Assembly (NCBI RefSeq): GCF_024700885.2
Contig: NZ_CP117016.1
Direction: 5' to 3' (one strand)
DNA length: 64,000 nt
Source: Escherichia coli
GTDB lineage: Bacteria; Pseudomonadota; Gammaproteobacteria; Enterobacterales; Enterobacteriaceae
Shown here: one piece after another, positions 1-9,287 of the stretch
How positions within the stretch are numbered: position 1 is the stretch's first letter
Layout of the letters: every line of letters begins with the position of its first letter
The notes under the pieces: generated by a model
What the model saw: the letters and a program-made list of their open reading frames with translations, nothing else
Told to the model about the DNA's origin: nothing
Database searches by the model: none
Translations under genes and position numbers: made by a program

Positions 1-411
1 ACGGTGAGCGGCACCTGGAAAACCAACCTCACGCCGGACAAACTGGGCGTGGTGGCGCTGGACCCGGATGCACTCTCCATCAGTGGTTTGCACAACTACG
101 TGAAGTATCTGAAGTCGAGCGGTCAGGATGCCGGGCGTTATCAGCTCAACATGTGGAGCAAAATCTTCCAGCCGCTATCCGTGGCGGTGATGATGCTGAT
201 GGCGCTGTCGTTCATCTTTGGCCCACTGCGTAGCGTACCGATGGGTGTGCGTGTGGTCACCGGTATTAGCTTCGGTTTTGTCTTCTACGTACTGGACCAG
301 ATCTTCGGCCCGCTGACGTTGGTTTATGGCATCCCGCCGATCATCGGCGCACTGTTGCCAAGCGCTAGCTTCTTCTTAATCAGCCTGTGGCTGTTAATGA
401 GAAAATCGTAA
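1..411 (+). CDS. lptG: LPS export permease LptG, 3' portion (5' end outside window)
   Basis: 135-aa C-terminal translation is hydrophobic and matches my recollection of LptG (YjgQ); conserved neighbourhood with yjgR and ahr. Confidence 0.8.
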   Translation, partial: TVSGTWKTNLTPDKLGVVALDPDALSISGLHNYVKYLKSSGQDAGRYQLNMWSKIFQPLSVAVMMLMALSFIFGPLRSVPMGVRVVTGISFGFVFYVLDQIFGPLTLVYGIPPIIGALLPSASFFLISLWLLMRKS

Positions 412-425
412 CCGAATGAACGAAT

Positions 426-453
426 AAAGGGAGCGAAAGCTCCCTTTATTATT
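426..453 (+). terminator. Rho-independent terminator after lptG
   Basis: Hairpin aaagggagc-gaaa-gctcccttt followed by a T-rich tract, directly after the lptG stop. Confidence 0.55.
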
Positions 454-571
454 GTTAGCATAGTGTGCTTCGTTCATTTATGAAAAATCATTAAAATTCA
501 ATATATTGCAGTGGTGTGGGCATAATAAGACGCGCCAGCGTCGCATCAGGCAAAGACAAATCGCACCTGGC

Positions 572-2074
572 TTACCTTTTTCTCCCCCCCAGCAAACTCC
601 CCAACATTCCACGCACAATCTGATTCGTCACCTGGCGGGCGGCGCTTTTCGCCATTGTTTGCACAACACCATCTTTCTTCCCGCCGCGTGGTCCGGTAGT
701 GCCGAACAAAATATCCTTCAATCCACCAAGAATGCCGTCATCTACCGCTACCTCTTTCCCTTTCGCGGGGGGATTATTTTGCTGCTCGGTGCTTGCCTGT
801 ACGCCTTTTTGCAACATCTCATAGGCGGATTCCCGGTCCACGTCATCCTCGTACTTGCCATACACCGGAGAGTGATTAATCAAGCCATTACGCTCATCTT
901 CCGTCACCGGTCCCATCCGCGAACAAGGCGCAATCACCATCGCCCGTTCCACCACAGAAGGACTTCCTTTTGCATCGAGAAACGAGATTAACGCCTCGCC
1001 GGTCCCCAGTTCCTGGATTGCCTTTTCCGTATCAAATGCAGGGGTGGGGCGCATGGTTTGCGCCGCAGCTTTTACCGCTTTCTGATCTTTGGGCGTAAAA
1101 GCACGCAAAGCGTGTTGAACGCGATTACCGAGCTGGCCGAGCACATTATCTGGAATATCAGACGGGTTTTGCGAAACGAACCAGACGCCCACGCCTTTTG
1201 AGCGAATAAGCCTTATCACCTGCTCAATCTTATCCAGCAGTACCTGCGGGGCATCGTTAAATAGCAGATGTGCCTCGTCGAAGAAAAACACCAGTTTTGG
1301 TTTCTCCAGATCGCCCGCTTCCGGCAATTGTTCATACAACTCTGAAAGCATCCACAGCAGGCTGGCGGCGTACAGTTTCGGCATCTGATAAAGTTTCTCG
1401 GCGCTGAGGATATTGATAACGCCTTTACCGTTGGCATCGGTGCGCATCCAGTCTTTGATATCCAGCATCGGCTCACCAAAGAAGTGTGCTGCGCCTTGCT
1501 GTTCCAGCGACAACAGCCCGCGCTGGATGGCACCAACCGATGCGCTACTGATATTTCCGTACTGATTCTGGAAGGATTTGGCGTTATCGCCGATGTACTG
1601 GGTAATTGCCCGCAGATCTTTAAAGTCGAGCAGTAACAGCCCCTGATCGTCAGCAATGCGGAAAATGATATCCAGCACGCCAGATTGCACATCGTTGAGA
1701 TTCAACAGTCGCGCCAGCAACAGCGGTCCCAGATCCGAAACCGTCGCCCGCACCGGATGGCCTTTCTCGCCAAAGATATCCCACACCACCACCGGATTGG
1801 CATGCGGTTGCCAATCATTGACGCCGATATTTTTAAGCCTTGCGAGCAGTTTTTCCGACGCCGTTCCTGCCTGCGCGATACCGGTCAGATCGCCTTTCAC
1901 ATCAGCCATAAACACCGGCACGCCGATTTCCGACAATGACTCTGCCAGTTTTTGCAGCGTAACGGTTTTACCCGTCCCCGTTGCGCCGGTAATCAGCCCG
2001 TGACGGTTCGCCATTCCCGGCAGTAAAAACAGTTCTGTGTCCGGCGTGCGGGCAATTAACAGGGGTTCGCTCAT
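572..2074 (-). CDS. yjgR: YjgR, DUF853-family P-loop NTPase
   Basis: 516-aa ORF with Walker A (GATGTGKT); start moved to [11 protein letters not shown], which has an SD (ggagg) upstream. Confidence 0.8.
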   Translation of the reverse strand: MSEPLLIARTPDTELFLLPGMANRHGLITGATGTGKTVTLQKLAESLSEIGVPVFMADVKGDLTGIAQAGTASEKLLARLKNIGVNDWQPHANPVVVWDIFGEKGHPVRATVSDLGPLLLARLLNLNDVQSGVLDIIFRIADDQGLLLLDFKDLRAITQYIGDNAKSFQNQYGNISSASVGAIQRGLLSLEQQGAAHFFGEPMLDIKDWMRTDANGKGVINILSAEKLYQMPKLYAASLLWMLSELYEQLPEAGDLEKPKLVFFFDEAHLLFNDAPQVLLDKIEQVIRLIRSKGVGVWFVSQNPSDIPDNVLGQLGNRVQHALRAFTPKDQKAVKAAAQTMRPTPAFDTEKAIQELGTGEALISFLDAKGSPSVVERAMVIAPCSRMGPVTEDERNGLINHSPVYGKYEDDVDRESAYEMLQKGVQASTEQQNNPPAKGKEVAVDDGILGGLKDILFGTTGPRGGKKDGVVQTMAKSAARQVTNQIVRGMLGSLLGGRKR

Positions 2075-2203
2075 GAGATTTCCTCCAGTTTCCTGCCTGG
2101 AGTATAGGCAACGGCTGCGCACTCTTCACCGCTAAATTCAGCAGATTGCGAGACGCCTTCCAAAGAGATTTAAGTGCCGGGCGACAGGCACCCGGCAAAG
2201 GGA

Positions 2204-3223
2204 TCAGAAGTCGGCTTTCAGGACCACTCGGTAGCGCGCTTTACCATCGCGTACATGCTGAATGGCGTCGTTAATTTTCGACATCGGGAACAATTCGGTA
2301 GTCGGCGCAACCTTGCTGCGGGCGGCAAAGCGCATCAGCTTACGCAACTCATAAGGCGTGCCGGTAGCAGAACCAGAGACGCTGCGGTCGCCCGCAATTA
2401 ACGTAAAGGCCGGAACAGACAGCGGCGTGAGAACCGCACCGACCGTATGGAAATTACCGCCGTACGTCAGCGCTTCAAAATAAGGCTGCCAGTCGAGGCT
2501 GACGTTGACGGTGTTGATAATGAGATCAAACTGCCCCGCCAGTGCTTTCAGTGCCTGCGGATCGCGGCTATTCACCACTTTATCGGCACCCATCGCCAGT
2601 ACTTCCTGCTCTTTCGCCGGATTCGAACTAAAGGCTGTCACCTCGCATCCCATTGCGTGCAGAAGTTTTATAGCGATATGCCCCAGCCCGCCAATACCAA
2701 TTACCCCAACGCGGCTGGTGGCAGTGATATGGTGCATTAACAGTGGTTTGAAGACCGTGATACCACCGCACAACAGCGGCCCGGCGGACTCGATATCAAT
2801 ATTTTCTGGCAGTGGAATCACCCATTGCCAGTCCGCACGCAACTTCTCGGCAAAGCCACCGCGATTCATAATCGTCGGCACCGCACCTTGCTCACAGTTG
2901 ATCTGATTACCGCTAATACAGGCATCGCAATGCCCGCAGCTACGCGCCGTCCAGCCAATCCCGACACGCTGACCGACCTGCAAACCTTTATCCTGCGCGG
3001 CGCTCCCGAGCGCCACCACGCGACCAATCACCTCATGCCCGGCAACCAGCGGATATTGTGAAAATCCCCATTCGTTATCGATCATCGACAGATCGGAATG
3101 GCAGATCCCGCAGTAATCCACCTGCACTTCAACATCTTGTGGCTTCAGTTCACCGGGATCGTACTCATAAACTTCCAGTTCGCCGCCTGCTTCTTTTGCG
3201 GCATAGCTTTTTATCATCGACAT
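2204..3223 (-). CDS. ahr: NADPH-dependent aldehyde reductase Ahr (Zn-dependent alcohol dehydrogenase family)
   Basis: Translation carries the zinc-ADH motifs ([22 protein letters not shown]); start chosen at MSMIKSY. Confidence 0.85.
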   Translation of the reverse strand: MSMIKSYAAKEAGGELEVYEYDPGELKPQDVEVQVDYCGICHSDLSMIDNEWGFSQYPLVAGHEVIGRVVALGSAAQDKGLQVGQRVGIGWTARSCGHCDACISGNQINCEQGAVPTIMNRGGFAEKLRADWQWVIPLPENIDIESAGPLLCGGITVFKPLLMHHITATSRVGVIGIGGLGHIAIKLLHAMGCEVTAFSSNPAKEQEVLAMGADKVVNSRDPQALKALAGQFDLIINTVNVSLDWQPYFEALTYGGNFHTVGAVLTPLSVPAFTLIAGDRSVSGSATGTPYELRKLMRFAARSKVAPTTELFPMSKINDAIQHVRDGKARYRVVLKADF

Positions 3224-3418
3224 TTTTTGGTCCTTCTCTGGTGTTGTCTGGGAAGTGTAGAGCATGGCAGGGCGGGGTGCCTGGAGTGTGACAAAGGTTA
3301 CACATCGCTGTATGCAATGCTGAAAATTTCAGCACTTAGCGAGGTGCGAGCAAGCTGGCGCTTGCATGGTGGCGTGCGACAGGTATAATCCACAACGTTT
3401 TCCGCATACCTCTTCAGT

Positions 3419-3503
3419 GCCGAAGTGGCGAAATCGGTAGACGCAGTTGATTCAAAATCAACCGTAGAAATACGTGCCGGTTCGAGTCCGGCCTTCGGCA
3501 CCA
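3419..3503 (+). tRNA. leuX: tRNA-Leu (anticodon CAA)
   Basis: 85-nt sequence GCCGAAGTGG...TTCGAGTCCGGCCTTCGGCACCA with a CAA anticodon loop and long variable arm; genomic position after ahr. Confidence 0.9.
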
Positions 3504-4016
3504 AGTCACTAAATTCCTTACAATACAGGTAGTTAGACAATAAAATCTGTCTCTTTTGCCTGTAAGAAATGCTCTGTTATGTCCCTTGAAAAAGCCGCTG
3601 TGGTTGATAGTGGTAATTGGGATGTTAACTCATAGCGGCGTGTAGTTCCAAGCGTCAAACACGTACTGACTCAACTTGAAAGCTATGACGTAGCCACTGT
3701 CTCTAAACAATCCCAAAAACTTTTAGTGAAGCGCATTTTAGCCCGATGCCCCCGTTCTGCCGCTGTCGCGAGACGCCGCAGGGGATAAACAGGTTTATGG
3801 TGGTCACGGTACTTGCAGACCATATGCAAGCTCTGCCAGCGGTTCGGCCTCGCTCCCCTTGGGTACATGGTCATCCTGATAAGCCTCACTAACTGACATA
3901 ACTGTGATGTAGTCGCCAGAGGCTCCGCTTGTTGTCTTACCACCAACGGGGCTTTATGGATTCTATTGCGGTATGTTTGAAAGTGCGCGGGGGTTCATTC
4001 CCGCGCGTCCGGCGCT

Positions 4017-4931
4017 TTATGGTAAGTATTTAAGTATTTCTGCTGCCCAGTTTACACGGTGGATGACACGGGCATGGTGCAAGTTTCCGTCTAGTATTTC
4101 GGCTTTAGTTAGCTGGGATAACTGCTGCCAATTATTGTTAAGTATATAAGTTGCGTTATTACATTGTGAGCTTTCTAGCACGTAAATGTTTTGGCCTGTG
4201 AACCCAAATATCACGTAGCCTTGGAACCCAGCTTGCCCAACCGCTACGAAATCTGGTTTTTTACTATTGATAAGTTCAAGTCTGCCTTCAACAACAGCGG
4301 TATTGCCCTTTCCCCTGATCTTAATAGCTGAAAGGATTTTTGAGCCGATAGTACTCCAAGGCTGTTGACCCTGAGGCAGGAGGCTCCAGTTTAGTTTTAT
4401 AGATTTACTTTTAACGATGGTATTAAGTTGGTCGTCAACAGTTTCGCACAACCCAAAAAGCTCTAAAAAAAGATTAATGCAGTGAGCCACTAACTCTTTG
4501 TTGTTAGCTGTCAAACTTAGCTTTGGAGAGATGATCAACTTCTCCCCTTGAAGATTCTCTACAATCTTTAACTCTATGCTTGGTGGAGGGGTGAGGATTC
4601 TCTTGTAGCGCTTATACTCAATTTCACGAGTGTCAGTAACTTCTTGAGTTGCGCCCCCTCCGATCCATTGCTTTCTAGTCCATGAAATTTGTCTGTATGC
4701 AGTTTCTTTAGGTGCTGTTTTGTCAGGTACTGATTTGCCATTAGCATTGAATCTGGTTATTGGCCCTAAAATCTTGGGGAGGACTTCTTCACCTAAAGCT
4801 CTTTGACTTGAGAAACCAATAGAGTCCGTTTTCCCCGCATCTGGCAAAGAATGTGCAATGTAGATATCACGGCCATCAAAGTTAGGTATGTAATTATCAA
4901 TATTTCGAATACGCTTTTTCTGAATAAGCAT
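4017..4931 (-). CDS. Hypothetical protein, 304 aa, no family recognised
   Basis: Long ORF in AT-rich island DNA; no motif I can assign. Confidence 0.6.
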   Translation of the reverse strand: MLIQKKRIRNIDNYIPNFDGRDIYIAHSLPDAGKTDSIGFSSQRALGEEVLPKILGPITRFNANGKSVPDKTAPKETAYRQISWTRKQWIGGGATQEVTDTREIEYKRYKRILTPPPSIELKIVENLQGEKLIISPKLSLTANNKELVAHCINLFLELFGLCETVDDQLNTIVKSKSIKLNWSLLPQGQQPWSTIGSKILSAIKIRGKGNTAVVEGRLELINSKKPDFVAVGQAGFQGYVIFGFTGQNIYVLESSQCNNATYILNNNWQQLSQLTKAEILDGNLHHARVIHRVNWAAEILKYLP

Positions 4932-4994
4932 GGATCGTTCCTTTTGATTTTATCTTACTGTTTACATAACCAACCAAGCCGGGCACAATCGAGC

Positions 4995-5094
4995 CGTTAG
5001 AAACGATAGTGAGGCTAACAATCGTTATGAGTTTGCAGACTCATGGCGGTCATGCTTCATAGACCGGATTCACGCAGGTGACTCCGGTTTTTTT
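4995..5094 (+). ncRNA. Candidate small structured RNA with intrinsic terminator
   Basis: Three consecutive hairpins by eye (aacgat/atcgtt; atgagt/actcat; ccgga/tccgg) ending in a 7-T run at 5088-5094; possible sigma70-like promoter (tttaca-17 bp-cacaat) upstream. Confidence 0.3.
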
Positions 5095-5906
5095 ATGCCC
5101 ATCATTTATACATGAGCACAACATATAGGGTGTGTTAATAAGATTACCCCCTACATGTTCAGCATTCTAGTTAGGATTCTTTGCAGTACAAGGGGTGATT
5201 TTGAGGTTAAATTGAGGTTGTCAAAGGGAAATTTCGACCAACCCTACGTGCCGTAAGGCTTAGGCTGTATGTCAATGTTTCAGAAAAAAAATGAAAATTT
5301 GATCGAGTGCTGATTTCTTTAGCACGAGAACATGAGATCGAACCAAAATATTGCAAAGTTTTGAACAAAACTTGAGCTGCCTCGTGTCTCCATAGCCAAG
5401 ACGAATGCAGTTTAAATAAGCTAAGTCAGCTCTCAAAAGTCCTTTATGACCCGAACCAAAAATTGTACCTCTTAAACCCCCACCGCAAGCGGCTCTCCGG
5501 GGTTTGTGCGCGTGGAGTAATGCGATTGTACTGGGTATGTGCGCACAACCCTCTACAAGCCGCATTCTACCGTTAGCCTATAGCTGAATCCCCGGCTTGA
5601 AAAATTGCACGCTTATGGTTGCCCCTCCCTCAACTGTATAGCTCGCCCGCGCCCCCGTGCGCATGTGCGTGCCCGCGCGTCAGGGGTCGCTGAGAAAACC
5701 CTAAGATTTTGCTCATCCGAGACAACCGTTGCAGGCGCGCGTTGCCGGGGCACACTGTTAGTGTTTGATGGTGTCATCAATCGACCGTTTTCTGGCACCT
5801 CCCAATCGCACGCTTTCACACTGTTGGAAAAATAGCCTTGGCTTTTCTGGCAGGCCATCCTAATGTTGGCCTCGTTTTCTGGCAGGGGTCAGATGGGGAG
5901 ATAACA

Positions 5907-6467
5907 ATGGCAACTTTTGGCTACGGACGTGTTTCGACATCGCAGCAGGATACTGAGAACCAACGGCTGGAGCTTGGGCAGGCTGGGTGGCAAATTGATT
6001 ACTGGTTTGCCGATGTTGTTAGCGGGAAGGTTCCGGCAATGCAACGTAAAGCATTTTCTGAAATGCTCAATAAAATCCGCGATGGTGAAACGTTGGTGGT
6101 AGCGAAGCTTGATCGTCTGGGGCGTGATGCGATTGACGTCCTGCAAACGGTAAGGGCGCTGGCTGACCGTAATATCAAGGTTCTTGTCCACCAGCTTGGT
6201 AACACAGATCTCACTTCTGCCGCTGGGAAGTTGCTATTATCTATGCTCGCCGCGGTTGCGGAGATGGAGCGTGATCTGCTGATTGAGCGCACTCAGGCGG
6301 GACTATCACGAGCAAAAGCCGAAGGTAAGAAATTGGGCAGACCTCCTAAAATCGCGTCAGAAGCCCGTAGAGAGATTTTAGAGAAAAAGAATAGCGGTTT
6401 GAGTATCAGTGCGTTAGCGCGTCAATATGGCGTTTCAAGAGCGACTGTAGCAGCTATTACCGATTGA
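5907..6467 (+). CDS. Small serine recombinase (resolvase/invertase family)
   Basis: N-terminal GYGRVSTSQQ catalytic-serine motif and C-terminal HTH (LSISALARQYGVSRATV); start at MATFGYGRVS with SD ggggag. Confidence 0.85.
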   Translation: MATFGYGRVSTSQQDTENQRLELGQAGWQIDYWFADVVSGKVPAMQRKAFSEMLNKIRDGETLVVAKLDRLGRDAIDVLQTVRALADRNIKVLVHQLGNTDLTSAAGKLLLSMLAAVAEMERDLLIERTQAGLSRAKAEGKKLGRPPKIASEARREILEKKNSGLSISALARQYGVSRATVAAITD

Positions 6468-6480
6468 ATATGGAGAGTTT

Positions 6481-7326
6481 ATGGCTTACACAGCAACTGT
6501 TATCCCTGTAATGATTGCTTCTCCTGGTGATGTCGCTGAAGAGAGACAAGTCATTCGTGAAATGATCCATGAGTGGAATGATATAAATTCAGCTCGTTCA
6601 AAAGTAATGTTGACACCAATTGGATGGGAAACTCATACATCACCCGAATTAGGAGTTAGGCCTCAGAAGTTGATTAATCAAAGATTATTAGTAGATTGTG
6701 ATTTATTAATCGGTGTGTTTTGGACTCGTCTAGGCTCACCGACTGGGAACGAGGCCAGCGGAACAGTCGAAGAAATCCACCGTCATTTGAATGCGGGAAA
6801 ACCGGCAATGATTTACTTTTCCTCAAAGCCTGTTGCCCCTGAAAGCCTTGATAGAGAACAATATGAGTCTCTTAAATTGTTCAAAACTGAGTGCATGCAA
6901 AAGGGATTGATAGAGTCTTTTAATGACTTATCTGATTTCAAAGACAAAGTCCGTAGGCAACTTTCGATAATTATTTCTAGTAGCCCTTATTTGTCTTCTC
7001 TTATATCTACCATTAACAATTCTCCTGATGCGAATACAAGTCAATCTTTGCCAGAAAGTAATTTGTCCGCCGATGCACTCAGTTTGCTGAAATTGGCATG
7101 TGTCGATGATAGCGGAACAATTTATGTGATAAGGCATTTAGGTGGCACGGATATTCAAGCGGGAAATCAATCCTTTGGTGGAAGTTCGGCTAGAGAGGTA
7201 GCCCGTTGGGAGGGCGCACTTAACGAACTGTTATCCTTTGATTATGTGATTGAAAGAGGGGCAAAAGGACAAATGTATTATGTTACTCATAAAGGCTGGA
7301 CATTTCTTGAATCTTTAAATGAATAA
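6481..7326 (+). CDS. Hypothetical protein, 281 aa; N-terminal motif resembles DUF4062/TIR-like domains (tentative)
   Basis: Starts 13 bp after the recombinase stop with its own SD (ggagag); N-terminus VMIASPGDVAEERQVI fits a strand-SxxD-x-EER pattern; C-terminal half unassigned. Confidence 0.6.
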   Translation: MAYTATVIPVMIASPGDVAEERQVIREMIHEWNDINSARSKVMLTPIGWETHTSPELGVRPQKLINQRLLVDCDLLIGVFWTRLGSPTGNEASGTVEEIHRHLNAGKPAMIYFSSKPVAPESLDREQYESLKLFKTECMQKGLIESFNDLSDFKDKVRRQLSIIISSSPYLSSLISTINNSPDANTSQSLPESNLSADALSLLKLACVDDSGTIYVIRHLGGTDIQAGNQSFGGSSAREVARWEGALNELLSFDYVIERGAKGQMYYVTHKGWTFLESLNE

Positions 7327-7386
7327 TTAAATGCGAGGCCATTACATAAGTTTATTTTTGATGTGAGGGTGAATTCCCTCACATTT

Positions 7387-7881
7387 TTATTCGAAAGAGG
7401 CCGCAATGACTTCTCCTGTTTTTGCGTTGAAAACACAAAAGTATTGAAGCGGAGCTAGCATCCCCAAGCCGTTAACTACCTTAGCTTGTTGCCCAAATGC
7501 CTGAATAATCTTCGCATTCTCATCGTGCCAGAGATAAGTATTAAATACAGGCGCTTCGCTTTCTTGCCACACATGGCGAAACTTCGCTTTCTCATCCATT
7601 ACCTTTTTGCACTCCCTGACCGGGTTATGGTGCGTTTTCGCATAGCATTCCGGGTTGTCATCTGCACATACGATATCTTTTCGTGCTGTCTGATGCTCAG
7701 CACCTACAGCAGAAAAGGCGCATACGCCCAGCACCAATGAGAGAGTGCCCAGAGCACCCCATACAGTTGCGCGTAGCGTGCTGATGTGCTGCTTTGATAC
7801 AGCATGGGCAACTACACTATAACTGGCCCAGCTAATCGCGGCTCCCGCTGCAATCGGTAGTAAAAAGTCTGCTCCCGTCAT
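7387..7881 (-). CDS. Hypothetical membrane protein (two predicted TM helices plus Cys-containing soluble domain)
   Basis: ORF with hydrophobic N-terminal segments; start set at MTGADFLL with SD gaggga. Confidence 0.5.
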   Translation of the reverse strand: MTGADFLLPIAAGAAISWASYSVVAHAVSKQHISTLRATVWGALGTLSLVLGVCAFSAVGAEHQTARKDIVCADDNPECYAKTHHNPVRECKKVMDEKAKFRHVWQESEAPVFNTYLWHDENAKIIQAFGQQAKVVNGLGMLAPLQYFCVFNAKTGEVIAASFE

Positions 7882-8121
7882 GATTCCCTCACTTTCCAAA
7901 CCACATCGCGCCTGATAGCGAACGCTGGTGACGCCCAACCGATGATGATCATCATACTTGTTGGGTTTTAAATGTCACCATTGGTGTTTGTTTTGAATCA
8001 AAAAGGATTGTCATGATACAGCCGATGAATGCTAGTGACTAAGCTCGCTGACGTGAGATTGGATTCAAAATATCTCATATGGAGCGTGGCCTTACAGTGG
8101 TCAAAATTGCACATTCAGTGC

Positions 8122-8586
8122 ATGAAAAAATCCCTGAGAATACAGTTTGGCGAGCGGGTAAAAGAACTGCGCATTGCCACCGGATTGAGCCAGGAGGCCT
8201 TTGCCGATCGGTGCGGGTTTGCACGTAGTTATATGAGCAGAATTGAACGTGGTGGCTCTAATGCGTCTCTGGATGCGATTGAGGTGCTGGCTAACGCTCT
8301 GAGCGTTGAGCCGTGGCAGTTGTTAGCGCCTGGCCCATCTGAAGATAACGACTCGGAACTGTTGGTTCCATACGCAGCCGATGGTTCCTGTTTTCACCCC
8401 GGTTTGGCGAGCACCCGTGATGGCTCGTTTGGCGTAGGTGATAAAGCGGCTCAGAAGCGTTTTGGCACGTTTGCTGAAGCTCTTGAGTATCTTCGTAGCA
8501 TGGAGACAGCAAAATGGCGTAGGCCTAATCCTAGCGGCAACTGGGGTATCGTATCAGCGGTTCGGTGGGACAAACTGAGAAAGTAG
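8122..8586 (+). CDS. XRE-family HTH transcriptional regulator with unassigned C-terminal domain
   Basis: N-terminal HTH (LRIATGLSQEAFADRCGFARSYMSRIERG); start at MKKSLRIQ. Confidence 0.6.
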   Translation: MKKSLRIQFGERVKELRIATGLSQEAFADRCGFARSYMSRIERGGSNASLDAIEVLANALSVEPWQLLAPGPSEDNDSELLVPYAADGSCFHPGLASTRDGSFGVGDKAAQKRFGTFAEALEYLRSMETAKWRRPNPSGNWGIVSAVRWDKLRK

Positions 8587-9076
8587 CTCAAGTGTAAGTT
8601 TATGAATTTTCATGCTGTATGGATGAACAGTATTCATTAGATGCTGATAGTCTTATGTTTCATCAGCCCTTTGTTTCTATAAGAGTGAATAAAACAGCAA
8701 AATGCGGGTGCGTTACGTAGGCGTTACGGTGGCGTTTCGCTTTGGCTCTTAATGGCTTAATTCATATAAATAACATTGAGTTAAATAGTTATTCTGAACA
8801 AGGTCTGCCGGGGTCTAACTGGTTTCAAAATCCGAACGCAGTGGCGTTTATTCAACGTCCACATAGCTGACAAATGTTCTTTCCTCCCGACTCGGCAGAC
8901 CTCCAGAAACATTAAAAGGCAGGTATGGCACGTTGATGTTTTATGCCGCCACGAACACTCGGTTTGATTCCGTCCAGCGGATCAAACTTAATATGTAGCC
9001 CCTAGAACAAAAAGGTCCTACGATTGCTCTCTTAACAGCTAACAGGAACGTGATTACAGCAGGTTATAGAGACTTA

Positions 9077-9101
9077 GGTTCGAGTCCGGCCTTCGGCACC
9101 A
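9077..9101 (+). repeat. Direct repeat of leuX 3' end (att core copy)
   Basis: 25/25 identity to 3479-3503. Confidence 0.85.
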
Positions 9102-9115
9102 AAAGTATGTAAATA

Positions 9116-9138
9116 GACCTCAACTGAGGTCTTTTTTT
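9116..9138 (+). terminator. Native leuX Rho-independent terminator, displaced 5.6 kb from the tRNA
   Basis: Hairpin gacctc-aact-gaggtc followed by TTTTTTT, immediately after the second copy of the tRNA 3' end. Confidence 0.6.
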
Positions 9139-9287
9139 ATGCCTGAAATCCAGTGTTTATCTATCTTTCCCGCTATATTAACTCTCTCAAGGTCAACCGA
9201 TATCAACGTACATCTACCAACATATGTTGGTACAGATGATGGTATTTCCGGTTCGATAATGCTTGTACCAACAGGGAGGGAATACGC

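Larger units (their letters stand above)
3504..9076. mobile_element. Integrated element at leuX (~5.6 kb), bounded by 25-bp direct repeats (3479-3503 and 9077-9101)
   Basis: Exact duplication of the tRNA 3' end, GGTTCGAGTCCGGCCTTCGGCACCA, at both edges; AT-rich cargo; the native leuX terminator and the int gene lie beyond the second repeat. Confidence 0.75.

Noticed and set aside
1216-2003. ORFs of 158 aa (minus) and 115/84 aa (plus) inside yjgR
   Set aside because: Fully embedded in or antisense to a well-supported conserved gene; no SD and no motifs.
3683-3946. 87-aa minus-strand ORF in the GC-rich region just inside the island boundary
   Set aside because: No SD, Arg/Pro-rich translation and it overlaps a region that looks structured. 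More likely non-coding, though a small gene cannot be excluded.
4017-4931. Possibility that the 304-aa protein is the island's tyrosine integrase
   Set aside because: Its position next to the att site fits, but the translation lacks the conserved R...H-x-x-R...Y catalytic boxes and any integrase-like N-terminal arm.
5272-5858. ORFs of 97, 76 and 81 aa in the intergenic region upstream of the recombinase
   Set aside because: Mutually overlapping on both strands, Arg/Cys-rich, without ribosome-binding sites; the region is better explained as regulatory or structured non-coding DNA.
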